From Promethearchaeota archaeon (GTDB lineage Archaea; Asgardarchaeota; Lokiarchaeia; Sigyniarchaeales; SOKP01): DNA of 64,000 nt. The DNA lies in NCBI GenBank assembly GCA_016839745.1, contig JAEOTS010000025.1:14413-78412 (forward strand), read 5' to 3'. The notes under the pieces are model-generated. The model worked only from the letters and a program-made list of their open reading frames with translations. It was not told the DNA's origin and searched no databases. Position numbers and translations under genes: made by a program. The first letter of the stretch is position 1; the number at the start of each line of letters is the position of its first letter. Below, in pieces: positions 1 to 10,488 of the stretch.

Positions 1-241
1 AAATATTTTGTTGACATACTAAATCACATAGAGCGCACAAAGTACACGTATATAATCCGATAATTTCTTCTTCAGATATTTCTTTATTTGTAAATATCTT
101 TTCAGCAATTTTTAATCTCCCGTTCGGAGATTTTAATACATCATTTGATACCATAAAGGTATCACAATATTCCATACATGTTTTGCAATCTATACAAGCA
201 TCAATATTTTGAATAATATTATTCTTATCCATTTTTTTCAT
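1..241 (-). CDS. Fe-S oxidoreductase (HdrD/GlpC-like), 5' part only; runs off the window
   Basis: Manual translation MKKMDKNNIIQNIDACIDCKTCMEYC...LYTCTLCALCDLVCQ shows two CxxCxxCxxxC motifs; not in the ORF track. Confidence 0.8.
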   Translation of the reverse strand, partial: MKKMDKNNIIQNIDACIDCKTCMEYCDTFMVSNDVLKSPNGRLKIAEKIFTNKEISEEEIIGLYTCTLCALCDLVCQQNI

Positions 242-448
242 CTATACCTTCGTATATTATTTTAGAAGAACGGTTTTCCTAGATAAATTTAAGAAATACT
301 TTATAGTTAATTATCGAGGTGAATATCAAAACATCATCTTTTCCTTTAAATTATAAGTAAAAAAGTTATTTTTAACGAAATAAATATATATTCAAAAATA
401 TTCAATTTACTGAAAATTTCCAATAAATAAATTAAAAAAGGTGAGAAA

Positions 449-1033
449 ATGAAAAAGACAGTAGAAAACTTATTTGCCGCGTTCTTGGGAGAATCTCAAG
501 CGAGGAACAGATATACTTTGTTTTCAAAAATTGCTAAAAAAGAAGGATATATTCTTATTTCAAAGGTATTTGAGGAGACTGCAAATCAAGAAAGGGAACA
601 TGGTGGTTGGAATTATAAAATGCTCCAAGACCTTAAGAAGGAAGAGAAATTCGGAGAATTAGAGATAAAGGCTGGTGGTCCTACTACTTATGGAACCACA
701 GAAGAAAATCTAAAATCGGCTATTGCGGGTGAAGATTACGAGTGGCAGGAAATGTATCCTGGTTTCGCTGATATCGCAGAAAAGGAAGGATATCCAGAAA
801 TAGCTAAGAGATTTCGAGCTATTGCCTCCGCAGAAAAACATCATTCAGAGAGATATGGCAAATTGTTAAAGTTAGTAGGCGACGATATCTTCTTTAAACG
901 AGGAGATAAAGTAGTATGGATATGCCTTGAATGTGGTTACCAAGTTGAATTAGATAAGCTTCCAGAAGACTTTGAATGTCCAAGCTGTTCACATCCAAGA
1001 AGTTATTTCAGAAAAAGATGCGAAGACTACTAA
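449..1033 (+). CDS. rbr: Rubrerythrin
   Basis: GESQARNRY, ExxH di-iron motifs (EREH, EKHH), C-terminal CxxC...CPxC rubredoxin domain; GGTGA RBS. Confidence 0.95.
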   Translation: MKKTVENLFAAFLGESQARNRYTLFSKIAKKEGYILISKVFEETANQEREHGGWNYKMLQDLKKEEKFGELEIKAGGPTTYGTTEENLKSAIAGEDYEWQEMYPGFADIAEKEGYPEIAKRFRAIASAEKHHSERYGKLLKLVGDDIFFKRGDKVVWICLECGYQVELDKLPEDFECPSCSHPRSYFRKRCEDY

Positions 1034-1125
1034 ATTTTGGATATATCTTATAAAATTTAAACAAAATAATTAAATATTAACTTTCAAATATTAGAAACAA
1101 CGCTGTTCTTAATTAAAGAAAGTGA

Positions 1126-1521
1126 ATGATAAATATGAGATCAATAGCAAAGTGTAACATATGTGGAAAGGTAATTGAAATCCTTAATCCTGGGGTTCCA
1201 GAGACTATCTGCTGCGGACAACCTATGGTTTTAATGGAGGAAAAAACTGCTGATTGGAAAGGTGAAAAGCATGTTCCTAAAATAACGATTGATGGTAATA
1301 AGGTTACCGTTGATGTTGGTATTTCTATAGGAACACCACACCCCATGACAGAAGAGCATTATATAATGTGGATTGAATTAATCTGTAAGAATAACTGCTA
1401 TAAAAGGCAAATGTTAGCTCCTGGAATGGAACCTAAAGCAGTATTTGTTGTTAGTGATACAACAGGGTTAATCGCCAGGGAATATTGCAATCTTCATGGA
1501 TTATGGAAAGGTACCGAATAA
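1126..1521 (+). CDS. dfx: Desulfoferrodoxin (superoxide reductase)
   Basis: CxxCG...CCGQPM desulforedoxin domain, EKHVP, HPMTEEH, YCNLHGLW. Confidence 0.95.
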   Translation: MINMRSIAKCNICGKVIEILNPGVPETICCGQPMVLMEEKTADWKGEKHVPKITIDGNKVTVDVGISIGTPHPMTEEHYIMWIELICKNNCYKRQMLAPGMEPKAVFVVSDTTGLIAREYCNLHGLWKGTE

Positions 1522-1606
1522 ATTAAGGAATAATTCTTATTTTTATTTTTTTTTTAAAAATTAATATTAACTTTTTAATTAGGTAATGAGTTTTAAAGTA
1601 TAGAAT

Positions 1607-2965
1607 ATGTTATTATTACTCCAAATTATTGTCTTATGTTGTTTTATTATTGTAATTATTGCTCTTTTTAGAGAGAAATCTGATTTTCTTTATTATTCTA
1701 TGGTAGCTATGTTAGTTTCAGCAGCAGCTACTTTTTTATTATCTCCCGGTGTTTCGACCGAAGAAGTTTTTCTTGCTGTAGATTGGGAGGTTATATTTTT
1801 CTTAGTTTCTTTATTTACAATTGTTGCGATTCTAGAAGAACAATGCATATTTCAGGAAGTCGCGAGAAGGATTACGACGAAATTTAGTACTAATACGCGA
1901 AAATTTTTCTGGGTGATATGTCTTATTTCTACTATAAGTGCTGCGTTCATTGAAGATATCAGCGTCGCAGTTATATTTGTTCCAATGATAATTAGCACCA
2001 GTCAAAAGATGAAAATTAATCCCGCTCCAATACTATTGGGTATGACTATTTGCATCAATCTTGCGTCTACTTTAACTCCATTTGGTTCTGCACAGAATAT
2101 TTTAATAGCAAATCATTTTGCTCTTTCATCCACATGGTTTTTTACTAATCTTAGTATTTATTTCATTGTAGGTACACTGTCTACACTTTTTTTACTTGAT
2201 AGATTTATATTAAAGAAACATCTAGGCGATATATGGATCCCACACTGTGAAGAAAACGAGGAACCGCAAGAAATTGAACATTACGAGGATCATGAACTAG
2301 TAATCCTAGAAGAACCAATAGATAAAAAAATATTTTATCGAAACATTATTGGACTAGCTATTTTTTTCATTTTGTTAATTTTTATTCAAAACATTTTGTT
2401 TGTTGGTTTATTAGGTATGCTTCTTTTTGTGTTTATAAATCCAAGATTCAATACTGCAGGAAAGAAAAAACCCGATATTTCCTTTTATTTAACGAAAGTA
2501 GATTTCAAATTAATATTTTTTTTTATAAGCCTTTTTGTATTAATATTTTCGTTTGAGAAAGCAGGGATAATCACCCTGTTGGAGAATTTTGTGTTAGCTA
2601 TAACCCCATCTAATTTATTTTTATTATGTGTTATGATACTAGTTATTACCTCTGTTCTCTCGGGTTTGCTTGATAACGTACCTGTTACAATTCTATTCAT
2701 TCCAATTATAGAGGTCTTGACGGAACCTCCCGTTGCATTTTCCACTATTCCTATGCTGATAGCTTTTATATTAGGGATTAACTTAGGAGGAAATATCTTA
2801 CCTCAAGGTTCAGCAGCAGATATGATGACCTTAGAACTCTCAAAGAGATATTGTGCTGATGATTTAAATTATAAAAGGTTATTAAAAGTGGGAGGGTTAT
2901 TCGCAATATATCATATTATATTAGGGATTGGTTATTTAGCTTTGATGATATTCTTCTTTTTTTAA
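1607..2965 (+). CDS. ArsB/NhaD/SLC13-type ion transporter
   Basis: About 12 hydrophobic segments; TPFGSAQN, SGLLDNVP and GINLGGN...GSAA motifs. Confidence 0.85.
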   Translation: MLLLLQIIVLCCFIIVIIALFREKSDFLYYSMVAMLVSAAATFLLSPGVSTEEVFLAVDWEVIFFLVSLFTIVAILEEQCIFQEVARRITTKFSTNTRKFFWVICLISTISAAFIEDISVAVIFVPMIISTSQKMKINPAPILLGMTICINLASTLTPFGSAQNILIANHFALSSTWFFTNLSIYFIVGTLSTLFLLDRFILKKHLGDIWIPHCEENEEPQEIEHYEDHELVILEEPIDKKIFYRNIIGLAIFFILLIFIQNILFVGLLGMLLFVFINPRFNTAGKKKPDISFYLTKVDFKLIFFFISLFVLIFSFEKAGIITLLENFVLAITPSNLFLLCVMILVITSVLSGLLDNVPVTILFIPIIEVLTEPPVAFSTIPMLIAFILGINLGGNILPQGSAADMMTLELSKRYCADDLNYKRLLKVGGLFAIYHIILGIGYLALMIFFFF

Positions 2966-2967
2966 TC

Positions 2968-3810
2968 TTAAGCTAGAATCTCAAAATTTAGAGATTCTAA
3001 TTTTAAATATTTGTTATAAATTTGTTGAGGATCACCAACAAACATCTTTTTGAATTGTGGTTTTAAAAATAAATTAAGTAATCCCGCAATAATCCTCTTA
3101 AAAATCCCTATTCTAGTGTCGTAATAATATTGCTTATCATCTTCTAACCATCCTTGTTCAAACCAATAATTATAATCGGCATTAGTTTCATCCCTTGCAA
3201 TATTATGCAGTGCTTTCCTCACTTTAAATCCAAGAACACCTCCTAAGCTTGGTTTTTGATATCTCTGACCATTTAATGCCTTTAAGAATATTTTGCATGT
3301 TTTCTTAATTTTCTTAACAATTTTTGTTTCTGCTCCTTCAATGGGCATCGTCCGTATCTCTAATCGATGTACGAAATTAAATCCCCAAGAGTTAGCTACT
3401 TGATTGAAATAGTTTGTAACCTTCTTCGCATCAGCAATACCACAATTACAAACACCAATTGCGATTTTTCCGAAAAAACAAGGTCTGTGGAAAATGTAGG
3501 ATAACCTGTCAAAAAAATTTTTCATAAGAGCAGGAATGTGCAAGGCATAAGCGGGAGCCATGAAAATTACACCATTAGCTTGATCAATCTTATTGAAGAT
3601 TATATCGCGATCGTCTTTTCCTACTGGGCATTTATCTTCACCTTTAAAAAAGCAGTTATGACACCCTCTACATTGTTCTAGATGAACATCTTTAAGATAT
3701 AAATATTCGAACTCAACTTCCTGAAGCAATTTTAGTTGATATTCTAGTTGTTGCATTATCATGGTCCCATAACCCTTTCTAGGACCACCCATTATAGCTA
3801 AGATTCTCAT
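2968..3810 (-). CDS. Flavodoxin-like NAD(P)H-dependent FMN reductase / Isf-family protein
   Basis: GGPRK FMN loop, CRGCHNC...C, PAY...MKNFFDR. Confidence 0.85.
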   Translation of the reverse strand: MRILAIMGGPRKGYGTMIMQQLEYQLKLLQEVEFEYLYLKDVHLEQCRGCHNCFFKGEDKCPVGKDDRDIIFNKIDQANGVIFMAPAYALHIPALMKNFFDRLSYIFHRPCFFGKIAIGVCNCGIADAKKVTNYFNQVANSWGFNFVHRLEIRTMPIEGAETKIVKKIKKTCKIFLKALNGQRYQKPSLGGVLGFKVRKALHNIARDETNADYNYWFEQGWLEDDKQYYYDTRIGIFKRIIAGLLNLFLKPQFKKMFVGDPQQIYNKYLKLESLNFEILA

Positions 3811-3992
3811 TTTCTATTCTCATTAATGTTGTATTAACTTAAATAATAAATATTTGACTTTCTATTTAAACTTATTGTTGGTTCTACATAGTATGTGTTA
3901 AGTCTATATAGTAAAAAACTGAGATTTCACAGCGTCTATCGCGATTTAAAGCAATTTGACTACTTTAAGTAAGTTGAAAAATTATTAAAAAT

Positions 3993-4535
3993 ATGAGTAA
4001 AAAAAAAGCGATTATTTTAGATAGAGATGGTGTATTGATAGAGGATAAAAATTATTCATACAAAATTGAAGATTTAGAAGTCTTACCCGGAGTTATTGAG
4101 GGATTAAAACAATTACAGGAGGAATTTATCTTTTTTATAGTGACCAATCAATCTGGTATAGGGAGAGGCTACTATACAGTAAAAGATTTCCACAAATATA
4201 ACGATTATTTGATATCTATTTTAAATGAAAACAATATTAAAATTGAAAAGACCTTTTTCTGTCCACATGTTAAGGAAGATAAGTGTGATTGTAGAAAGCC
4301 TAATCCTAAATATTTAAAACTAATAGCTGATCAATGGAATGTTAATCTAGAATCCTCTTGGATGATCGGTGATCACCCATCAGATATAAAATTTGGAATT
4401 AATGGAGGATGTAGGACCGTCTATATGGTTACAGGACACGGAAAGAAGCATTTACAGGATTTAGAAGCTAAGGACATTAAACCAACTTTAGTCCATTCTA
4501 ACTTTTTAGACGCAACTAAAGAAATAATGAAATGA
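3993..4535 (+). CDS. HAD-IIIA phosphatase (GmhB/HisB-N-like)
   Basis: LDRDGVL, VTNQSGIGRG, CPH...CxCRKP, MIGD. Confidence 0.9.
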   Translation: MSKKKAIILDRDGVLIEDKNYSYKIEDLEVLPGVIEGLKQLQEEFIFFIVTNQSGIGRGYYTVKDFHKYNDYLISILNENNIKIEKTFFCPHVKEDKCDCRKPNPKYLKLIADQWNVNLESSWMIGDHPSDIKFGINGGCRTVYMVTGHGKKHLQDLEAKDIKPTLVHSNFLDATKEIMK

Positions 4536-4575
4536 GATAAATAAAAAACTGAATTCAGATTATTGAATTAATATA

Positions 4576-6066
4576 TTATGAATTACGCCTTTCTTCGTAT
4601 TCGTTTCTTTTTTGTTCATGAAGAATGCTAACTTCTTTTTTCATCCTTTTAACAATTTCTCCAGTTAAAGGATAAAATTTAATCCATATTAGTAAACCGA
4701 TTAAACATACGATTCCAGGTAGAAGCGTCATGCTTATATTAACGCTTAAAGATGCTCTGGCTAAACCTTCAGTTGCTGATAATCCTTCGCCTACAAATAT
4801 TAAACCAAATGCGGTCATTAAAGCTGGTGGTACCGCTAAAGCGACACTTATCATAGGTTTGCTAAGTAACGGTCCTATACCCGCATAAAGACCCTCTCTT
4901 CTTTCACCCGAAATTTTCCAATAATCATAATCTATAGTGTCTGCTCTCATGGGATTATGTTGGACAAATTCACCGGGAAAACCCAGCATAAATATTGAAA
5001 ACCCAATCGATACAAGAATCCAATTACCTGAAAGTCCAGCGAAAAAGCTAAAGAAACCACCTATAGCTAAAGCTCCAAAATAAAATGAAATGGATGCTTT
5101 TGTTGAGTATTTTGAAGCAATTTTTAAAATAATAGGAATTGAAATAATTACACAGAGGATTGGGCCAATCCAGAAGAGAAGCATGTTAAATCCTTCCATT
5201 GGTCCTAAAACCCACGTCAGATAGAAAGGTAAACTCACCATAACTAAGTTCAGAAACAATACTGAAACCCCGTCATATATTATATATACTCTAAAAGATG
5301 GATTTTTAAAAGCGAGCTTTAAGGATTTAAATAAAGGAGTTTTATTTTCGGGAATATGTTCACTATGTTCGTGTACGTATTTTGATAAAATTAAGTAAGG
5401 AAAGATGCCAAAAACAGCGATAATTACTACTAGCACTTGAAATTGAGCAATAGTATCCGGATTAGGATCTGCTAAGTATATAATTGGAATAATGAAACCA
5501 ATTAAAATCGCCGGTAATTGAAACATGGTACCATAGAGTTGTATTTTCTCTCTCTCCCTTTGATTTAATGTCATTTGAGGGAGCAAAGCAACATACGCGC
5601 ATAAAACGAGAGTAAACAACGCATCATAGGCAATTTGGGTCACAAGATACCATACAAACAGCCAAACTTGAATTTGGAGATTTGAAGTTTGCCCTCTCCA
5701 CGCCTCTGGGGGAAAAAACACTAAAGCAAAGCACAAACTAAAGATTGGAGCCCCAAACTTAATATATGGGATATATCTTTGTACCTCTCCTCTTTTTTTG
5801 TTATTATACCGAGTATTTCCAATTGCATTACCAAAAATCGGGTCGTTTACTACATTCCAAATCGCATAGATAATTTGTGCGATAGTTATCCAAATCGTTA
5901 AAAGACCCATCCACGCAAAGTAAAAGGATTGTATTACTCCCATAACGGAACCATAGAACGTACCCGGCATTTGAGCAAAAGCATAAGCAAACTTTTCCTT
6001 CATCGGTACGATTCCCGATGTTACATTTTCTATAGAATGAGCTTCCTCAGTAGATTTATCAGACAT
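4576..6066 (-). CDS. MFS/GPH-family sugar:cation symporter
   Basis: WNVVNDPIFG, ADTIDYD...GERREGLY, about 12 TM. Confidence 0.9.
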   Translation of the reverse strand: MSDKSTEEAHSIENVTSGIVPMKEKFAYAFAQMPGTFYGSVMGVIQSFYFAWMGLLTIWITIAQIIYAIWNVVNDPIFGNAIGNTRYNNKKRGEVQRYIPYIKFGAPIFSLCFALVFFPPEAWRGQTSNLQIQVWLFVWYLVTQIAYDALFTLVLCAYVALLPQMTLNQREREKIQLYGTMFQLPAILIGFIIPIIYLADPNPDTIAQFQVLVVIIAVFGIFPYLILSKYVHEHSEHIPENKTPLFKSLKLAFKNPSFRVYIIYDGVSVLFLNLVMVSLPFYLTWVLGPMEGFNMLLFWIGPILCVIISIPIILKIASKYSTKASISFYFGALAIGGFFSFFAGLSGNWILVSIGFSIFMLGFPGEFVQHNPMRADTIDYDYWKISGERREGLYAGIGPLLSKPMISVALAVPPALMTAFGLIFVGEGLSATEGLARASLSVNISMTLLPGIVCLIGLLIWIKFYPLTGEIVKRMKKEVSILHEQKRNEYEERRNS

Positions 6067-6187
6067 GTTTTAACCCCCAAATTCGTAAAAATCTCAAAAT
6101 ATCTAATAAATTAGAAAATTCGAATCGATATTTTAATATTATGTAAAATATAGGTAAAAAAAAAGTAAAAATAAAAAAATTTAATCT

Positions 6188-7369
6188 TTAAGCTCTATCT
6201 CGTTTGAATACGCTTGGCATTGCGTGTTCATATTTTTTCATCGCGAAGCGTGATATGATAATGCGTTGTATTTCACTTGTTCCTTCATAGATTTGATAAA
6301 GCTTTGCGTCTCTGAATAATTTTTCAACAGGATATGTCCTTAAATAACCATATCCTCCATATATTTGTACTGCTTCGGTTGTTACATTCATTGCAACATC
6401 AGAGGCGAAAGCTTTAGCAATAGCAGAACTCATATTATTATCTAATCCTTGATCCGCTTCCCAAGCTGCTTTGTGGGTCAATAATCGAGCTGCTTCAATA
6501 TCTTTATACATATTCGCTATTTTTTCTTGAATTACTTGATAATTCGCAATAGGTCTACCAAACGCTTCTCTTTTCTGAGCATAATCAATTGAATATTCCA
6601 TAGCTGAGCGAGCACAGCCTACAGCAAAAGCCCCTATTGCAGGACGAGTGTGAGCAAAAGTCTGCATCCCTAAGACAAATCCTCTACCAGGTTTAGCTAG
6701 AACATTCTCTTTGGGGATTCTTACATTCTTTAGAGCTACGGCAACAGTATTGGATGATCTCTGACCAAGTTTTGGGATATGTTTCCCTAATTTCACTCCC
6801 TCCGTCTTAGTATCTACGATAAAAGCTCCAATTCCTTTATGTTTTTTTTCAGGATCGGCTGTAGCAAAAACTGTAATATAATCAGCATATCCACCATTCG
6901 TAATCCAGAATTTAGCCCCATTTAATATATATTCTTCCCCATCTTTTTCAGCGCGACATTTCATGCCAGCCACATCAGATCCCATTGTTGGTTCTGATGT
7001 TGCGAATGCGATAAGCTTAGGTTCATTAATTAACTCACCTAAAATTCTCTCCTTTTGCTCCTCATTTCCTCCAATAACGATTGGTTCAGCACCAAGGTTA
7101 TTATCAAAAATAGAAGTAGCCATTCCGGGACATGCTGAAGACATTTCTTCTACTACTAAACAAGCATCAAGCAATCCATAGCCTTGCCCTCCGTATTTCT
7201 TTGGTATTCCTAAATTTAATAATTTTTCTTCCCATGCTTTTTTAATTACCGGTAAGGGGAATTCTTCAGATTCATCGTATTTTCGAGCAACGGGTAAGAC
7301 TTCTCTAATGGCAAATTCTCTTGCTTTTGCTTTTAATTTCTTTTGTTCTTCTGTTAATGTAAAATCCAT
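6188..7369 (-). CDS. Acyl-CoA dehydrogenase
   Basis: SEPTMGSD, NGAKFWITNG, QIYGGYGY, RDAKLYQIYEGTSEIQR. Confidence 0.95.
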   Translation of the reverse strand: MDFTLTEEQKKLKAKAREFAIREVLPVARKYDESEEFPLPVIKKAWEEKLLNLGIPKKYGGQGYGLLDACLVVEEMSSACPGMATSIFDNNLGAEPIVIGGNEEQKERILGELINEPKLIAFATSEPTMGSDVAGMKCRAEKDGEEYILNGAKFWITNGGYADYITVFATADPEKKHKGIGAFIVDTKTEGVKLGKHIPKLGQRSSNTVAVALKNVRIPKENVLAKPGRGFVLGMQTFAHTRPAIGAFAVGCARSAMEYSIDYAQKREAFGRPIANYQVIQEKIANMYKDIEAARLLTHKAAWEADQGLDNNMSSAIAKAFASDVAMNVTTEAVQIYGGYGYLRTYPVEKLFRDAKLYQIYEGTSEIQRIIISRFAMKKYEHAMPSVFKRDRA

Positions 7370-7373
7370 AAAT

Positions 7374-8585
7374 TTATACCTCCATTTTTTTAACTAATTT
7401 ATCCACAATTTCCTTAAAGTTTAAATCACTAGGTTTTGGAACGAATTGTATTTCAATTGAATCGTCCAACATCGCTATTCCAGTGGCTTCCATTTCACTG
7501 ATTATAGCTCTAACCGCACCTCTGCTCCAACCATATGATCCAAAAGCTAAACCAACCTTGTTCATTGGTTTTAAGCCTTTCTGGTAACATAAATATTCTG
7601 CTACGGAGGGAAAAAGTCCCCGATTTAAAGTTGGACTTCCAATAATAATAGCTTTAGCTTTCATTGCTTCAGTTATTACATCACTATAATCAGAAGAGGT
7701 TAAATTGAACCGTTTTACTGGAATTCCCCTACGCCAAATCTCGTGGTAGAGTTCTTTCGCAATCTTGGTTGTACTTTCCCACATGCTGTCATATATAATC
7801 ACAACTGAATTTTCTTCAATTTCTCCGGTTGACCATTTTGTATAAGCTTCTATGATTTCAGGGATATTCTTTCTCCAACACACCCCATGTGAAGGACAAA
7901 TAACATCTATCGGTAAAGCTCCAACGACGGGGAGAGTCTTAGCAATTAAGTTAGATAAATGAAGCAAAATATTTGCATAATATTTTTCTGCTTCCCACAT
8001 TATTTCTGAAAATTTATTTTCATCATCCCAGTGTTTTGATGCAGCAAAATGTTGCCCGAAAGCATCGTTGGAAAATAACACATTTTTTCCTTTTTCGTCA
8101 GTCATAAAAGAAACCATCGAATCAGGCCAATGGATCATTGGAATAGGAACAAAAGTAAAAACTTTACCATTTCCAACATCTAAAGTATCACCATTTTTTA
8201 CTGCTCGTATTTTTTCAAAAATACTTTTATCTACTTCTTCATGATAATGTTGTTCTAAAATTTCAACCCCCTTTGTGGAGGCAATAATCTCAGCATTTGG
8301 TAAATATTCCAATACTAACGGAAAAGAACCCGAATGATCTGGTTCGATATGATTCATAATAAGATAATCAATGTCTTTGAATTCACACACCGATTGAATG
8401 TGTTCTAAATAATACTTGAAGTACTGTCTTTTTACGGTATCAATTAATATCGTTTTATCTCCACTTTTTACAACATATGCATTATAAGAAGAACCCTTAT
8501 GAGTCGAATATCCGTGAAAATTCCTTACTTCCCAGTCAACATAACCAACATAATATACATCTTTTAGTAATTCTAAACTTGACAT
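7374..8585 (-). CDS. fprA: Flavodiiron protein (O2/NO reductase)
   Basis: NHIEPDHSG, HWPD, FSNDAFGQH, PSHG; C-terminal flavodoxin (GSPT, FGSYGW). Confidence 0.95.
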   Translation of the reverse strand: MSSLELLKDVYYVGYVDWEVRNFHGYSTHKGSSYNAYVVKSGDKTILIDTVKRQYFKYYLEHIQSVCEFKDIDYLIMNHIEPDHSGSFPLVLEYLPNAEIIASTKGVEILEQHYHEEVDKSIFEKIRAVKNGDTLDVGNGKVFTFVPIPMIHWPDSMVSFMTDEKGKNVLFSNDAFGQHFAASKHWDDENKFSEIMWEAEKYYANILLHLSNLIAKTLPVVGALPIDVICPSHGVCWRKNIPEIIEAYTKWSTGEIEENSVVIIYDSMWESTTKIAKELYHEIWRRGIPVKRFNLTSSDYSDVITEAMKAKAIIIGSPTLNRGLFPSVAEYLCYQKGLKPMNKVGLAFGSYGWSRGAVRAIISEMEATGIAMLDDSIEIQFVPKPSDLNFKEIVDKLVKKMEV

Positions 8586-8766
8586 TCTCTTCTCCCTTTT
8601 ACTTATTAATAGAATATTGTTAATTAAGTTATTAGAACTTTGAAGTTATTTTAAAGTTAATTTATATATCCTATAAATTCTTAACAACTAATCGAGTCTA
8701 AAATTAGTCCATTCTCAAAATTTCATGTAAAAAGGAAGAAAAAAATAAAATTAATTAAAGTATATC

Positions 8767-8901
8767 TTAAATTTGTGTAAAGAAACTCTTATCAACTCCG
8801 CAGACTGGGCATACCCAATCATCAGGGAGATCTTCGAACTTGGTGCCTTCTTTATCTTCGTCGTAAACATAACCGCAAGCGCCACATTCCCATTTAGCCA
8901 C
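8767..8901 (-). CDS. rub: Rubredoxin (44 aa, GTG start)
   Basis: Manual translation [44 protein letters not shown]; AAGGT RBS-like site upstream. Confidence 0.95.
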   Translation of the reverse strand: MAKWECGACGYVYDEDKEGTKFEDLPDDWVCPVCGVDKSFFTQI

Positions 8902-9150
8902 AATAAACTACCTTTATTTTAATTTGTTTAATATTTTATAAATAAATGTATAATAATCTTTATCTTTCTTTTATTTTTAATAAATTTAATTTCTTTAGGT
9001 TATAAAGTTCATATACTTGGGTTACCCAAAAAATTGCTGAAAAGTATAAATTTCTTTTACTATCAATTTAAATTTTTAAATTCATTGATATAATCAATTT
9101 TAGATTATAATCAGAATAAGCCTAATTAATAAGAAATAGAGGGAGTATAA

Positions 9151-9873
9151 TTGGATTTAATTACTACTTATTTAAGTTTTCCTTATGAAAAAATTGATGA
9201 TGCGAATAGAATATTCATAGAAACAGTACAGAAAAATCTGATAGATCCTGATTTATTCGAAAAAAAACCCATACAACCAGTGATGATATGGTATTCAGAA
9301 GATTATGTTATAATTACTTCTATACTTGAAGTGAAGGAAGGTAAGCTTAAAGAGGCTTTTAATTTTCTTGATATTAGAAAAAAGTGGTGGCCTCTAGAGG
9401 AAGGGTATAAAGTAGATGCTTGGGTGTCACCTCAAAGTGGAAAAACAAGGCCTACTTTTTTTGGAGAAAAGTATTTGATCTTTGTAAGCTACGCAACAAA
9501 AGATGCTCAAACCTTTAAAATTAATGAATTCGCCAAAAAATTAAAAGGCTTTCCAGAAATTAAGAAAGTTCTTTATTGGCAGGAACATATGCAGGATAAC
9601 ATCTTTAAGTTTATGAATGATAATCTAGGAAAATGTGACATAATGTTGTTATTTTGTTCAAAGAACGCGCTAAACTCCAAACCTGTTGAGAAGGAATGGA
9701 CAGCAGCCGAAGCAATTGGTGTTCCAATTATTCCAATATTTATTGATACAGATCATATTCCTCCCCTTCTTAAATCAAGATTAGGTATTGAATATGATAT
9801 TAATGATATAGATAAAAATATTCGAGATTTGCGTACTTTAATCTTAAAAAAGATTAAAGGAGTATCAGACTAA
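9151..9873 (+). CDS. Soluble TIR-domain protein with a small N-terminal domain resembling 52059..52367
   Basis: IFVSYA...LLFCSKNALNSKPVEKEW...IIPIF TIR motifs; TTG start after GAGGGAG. Confidence 0.85.
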   Translation: MDLITTYLSFPYEKIDDANRIFIETVQKNLIDPDLFEKKPIQPVMIWYSEDYVIITSILEVKEGKLKEAFNFLDIRKKWWPLEEGYKVDAWVSPQSGKTRPTFFGEKYLIFVSYATKDAQTFKINEFAKKLKGFPEIKKVLYWQEHMQDNIFKFMNDNLGKCDIMLLFCSKNALNSKPVEKEWTAAEAIGVPIIPIFIDTDHIPPLLKSRLGIEYDINDIDKNIRDLRTLILKKIKGVSD

Positions 9874-9913
9874 TTAAAATTGAAAAATACAAATATAAAC
9901 AGGATGCTTAGAG

Positions 9914-10042
9914 ATGAAAGACAAATATCTGCCAACTTTAGAATCGCTAGGCCGTCATCCTTTACCAGAGTGGTATGATGATGCAAAATTGGGCATGTTT
10001 ATAGGTTGGGGTTTGTATTCAATCGCTGGTTGGAACTATTAG
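9914..10042 (+). pseudogene. Alpha-L-fucosidase (GH29) N-terminal remnant
   Basis: [40 protein letters not shown] resembles the GH29 N-terminal signature (P.WF.DAKFGIFIHWG.YS); stop after 42 aa. Confidence 0.8.
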
Positions 10043-10044
10043 AA

Positions 10045-10365
10045 CTAAGAAGGAAAAAATCCTGCTTTTTTCAACGCTTCCATAGAAATTCTGCTACTTG
10101 GGCTATCTCCTCTTGCTACATTGACACTGACTTCACCCTCTACTGCTTTAAAAATTTCAGCTACATCACCATGTGTGAATCCAGGGCATAACATAATAGC
10201 TTCTATCGACTCATTTTGCCAATATTCTTTTGATACTTGTACTGCCTCTTCTTGGGTTTTAACAACAACAGAATACAATTTATACATTCCAGTATCAATT
10301 ACAGTTCTATGTTTTTTATAATCTGCATCAGGTGCGTGTGCAATGAATAAAGCTTTAAATGTCAT
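10045..10365 (-). CDS. Conserved hypothetical protein (DUF6506-like)
   Basis: F.ALFI...I.LCPGF motif. Confidence 0.7.
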   Translation of the reverse strand: MTFKALFIAHAPDADYKKHRTVIDTGMYKLYSVVVKTQEEAVQVSKEYWQNESIEAIMLCPGFTHGDVAEIFKAVEGEVSVNVARGDSPSSRISMEALKKAGFFPS

Positions 10366-10488
10366 ATTAATGATTATCCATGGTTAATATTAAGTTTTTA
10401 CTAAGCTATTGTTAATGAATAGAAAATTGTATTAACATGGAGTTTAAGGAATTTATTTAAGTTTTAAAATAATTTATACAAAAAGAAC

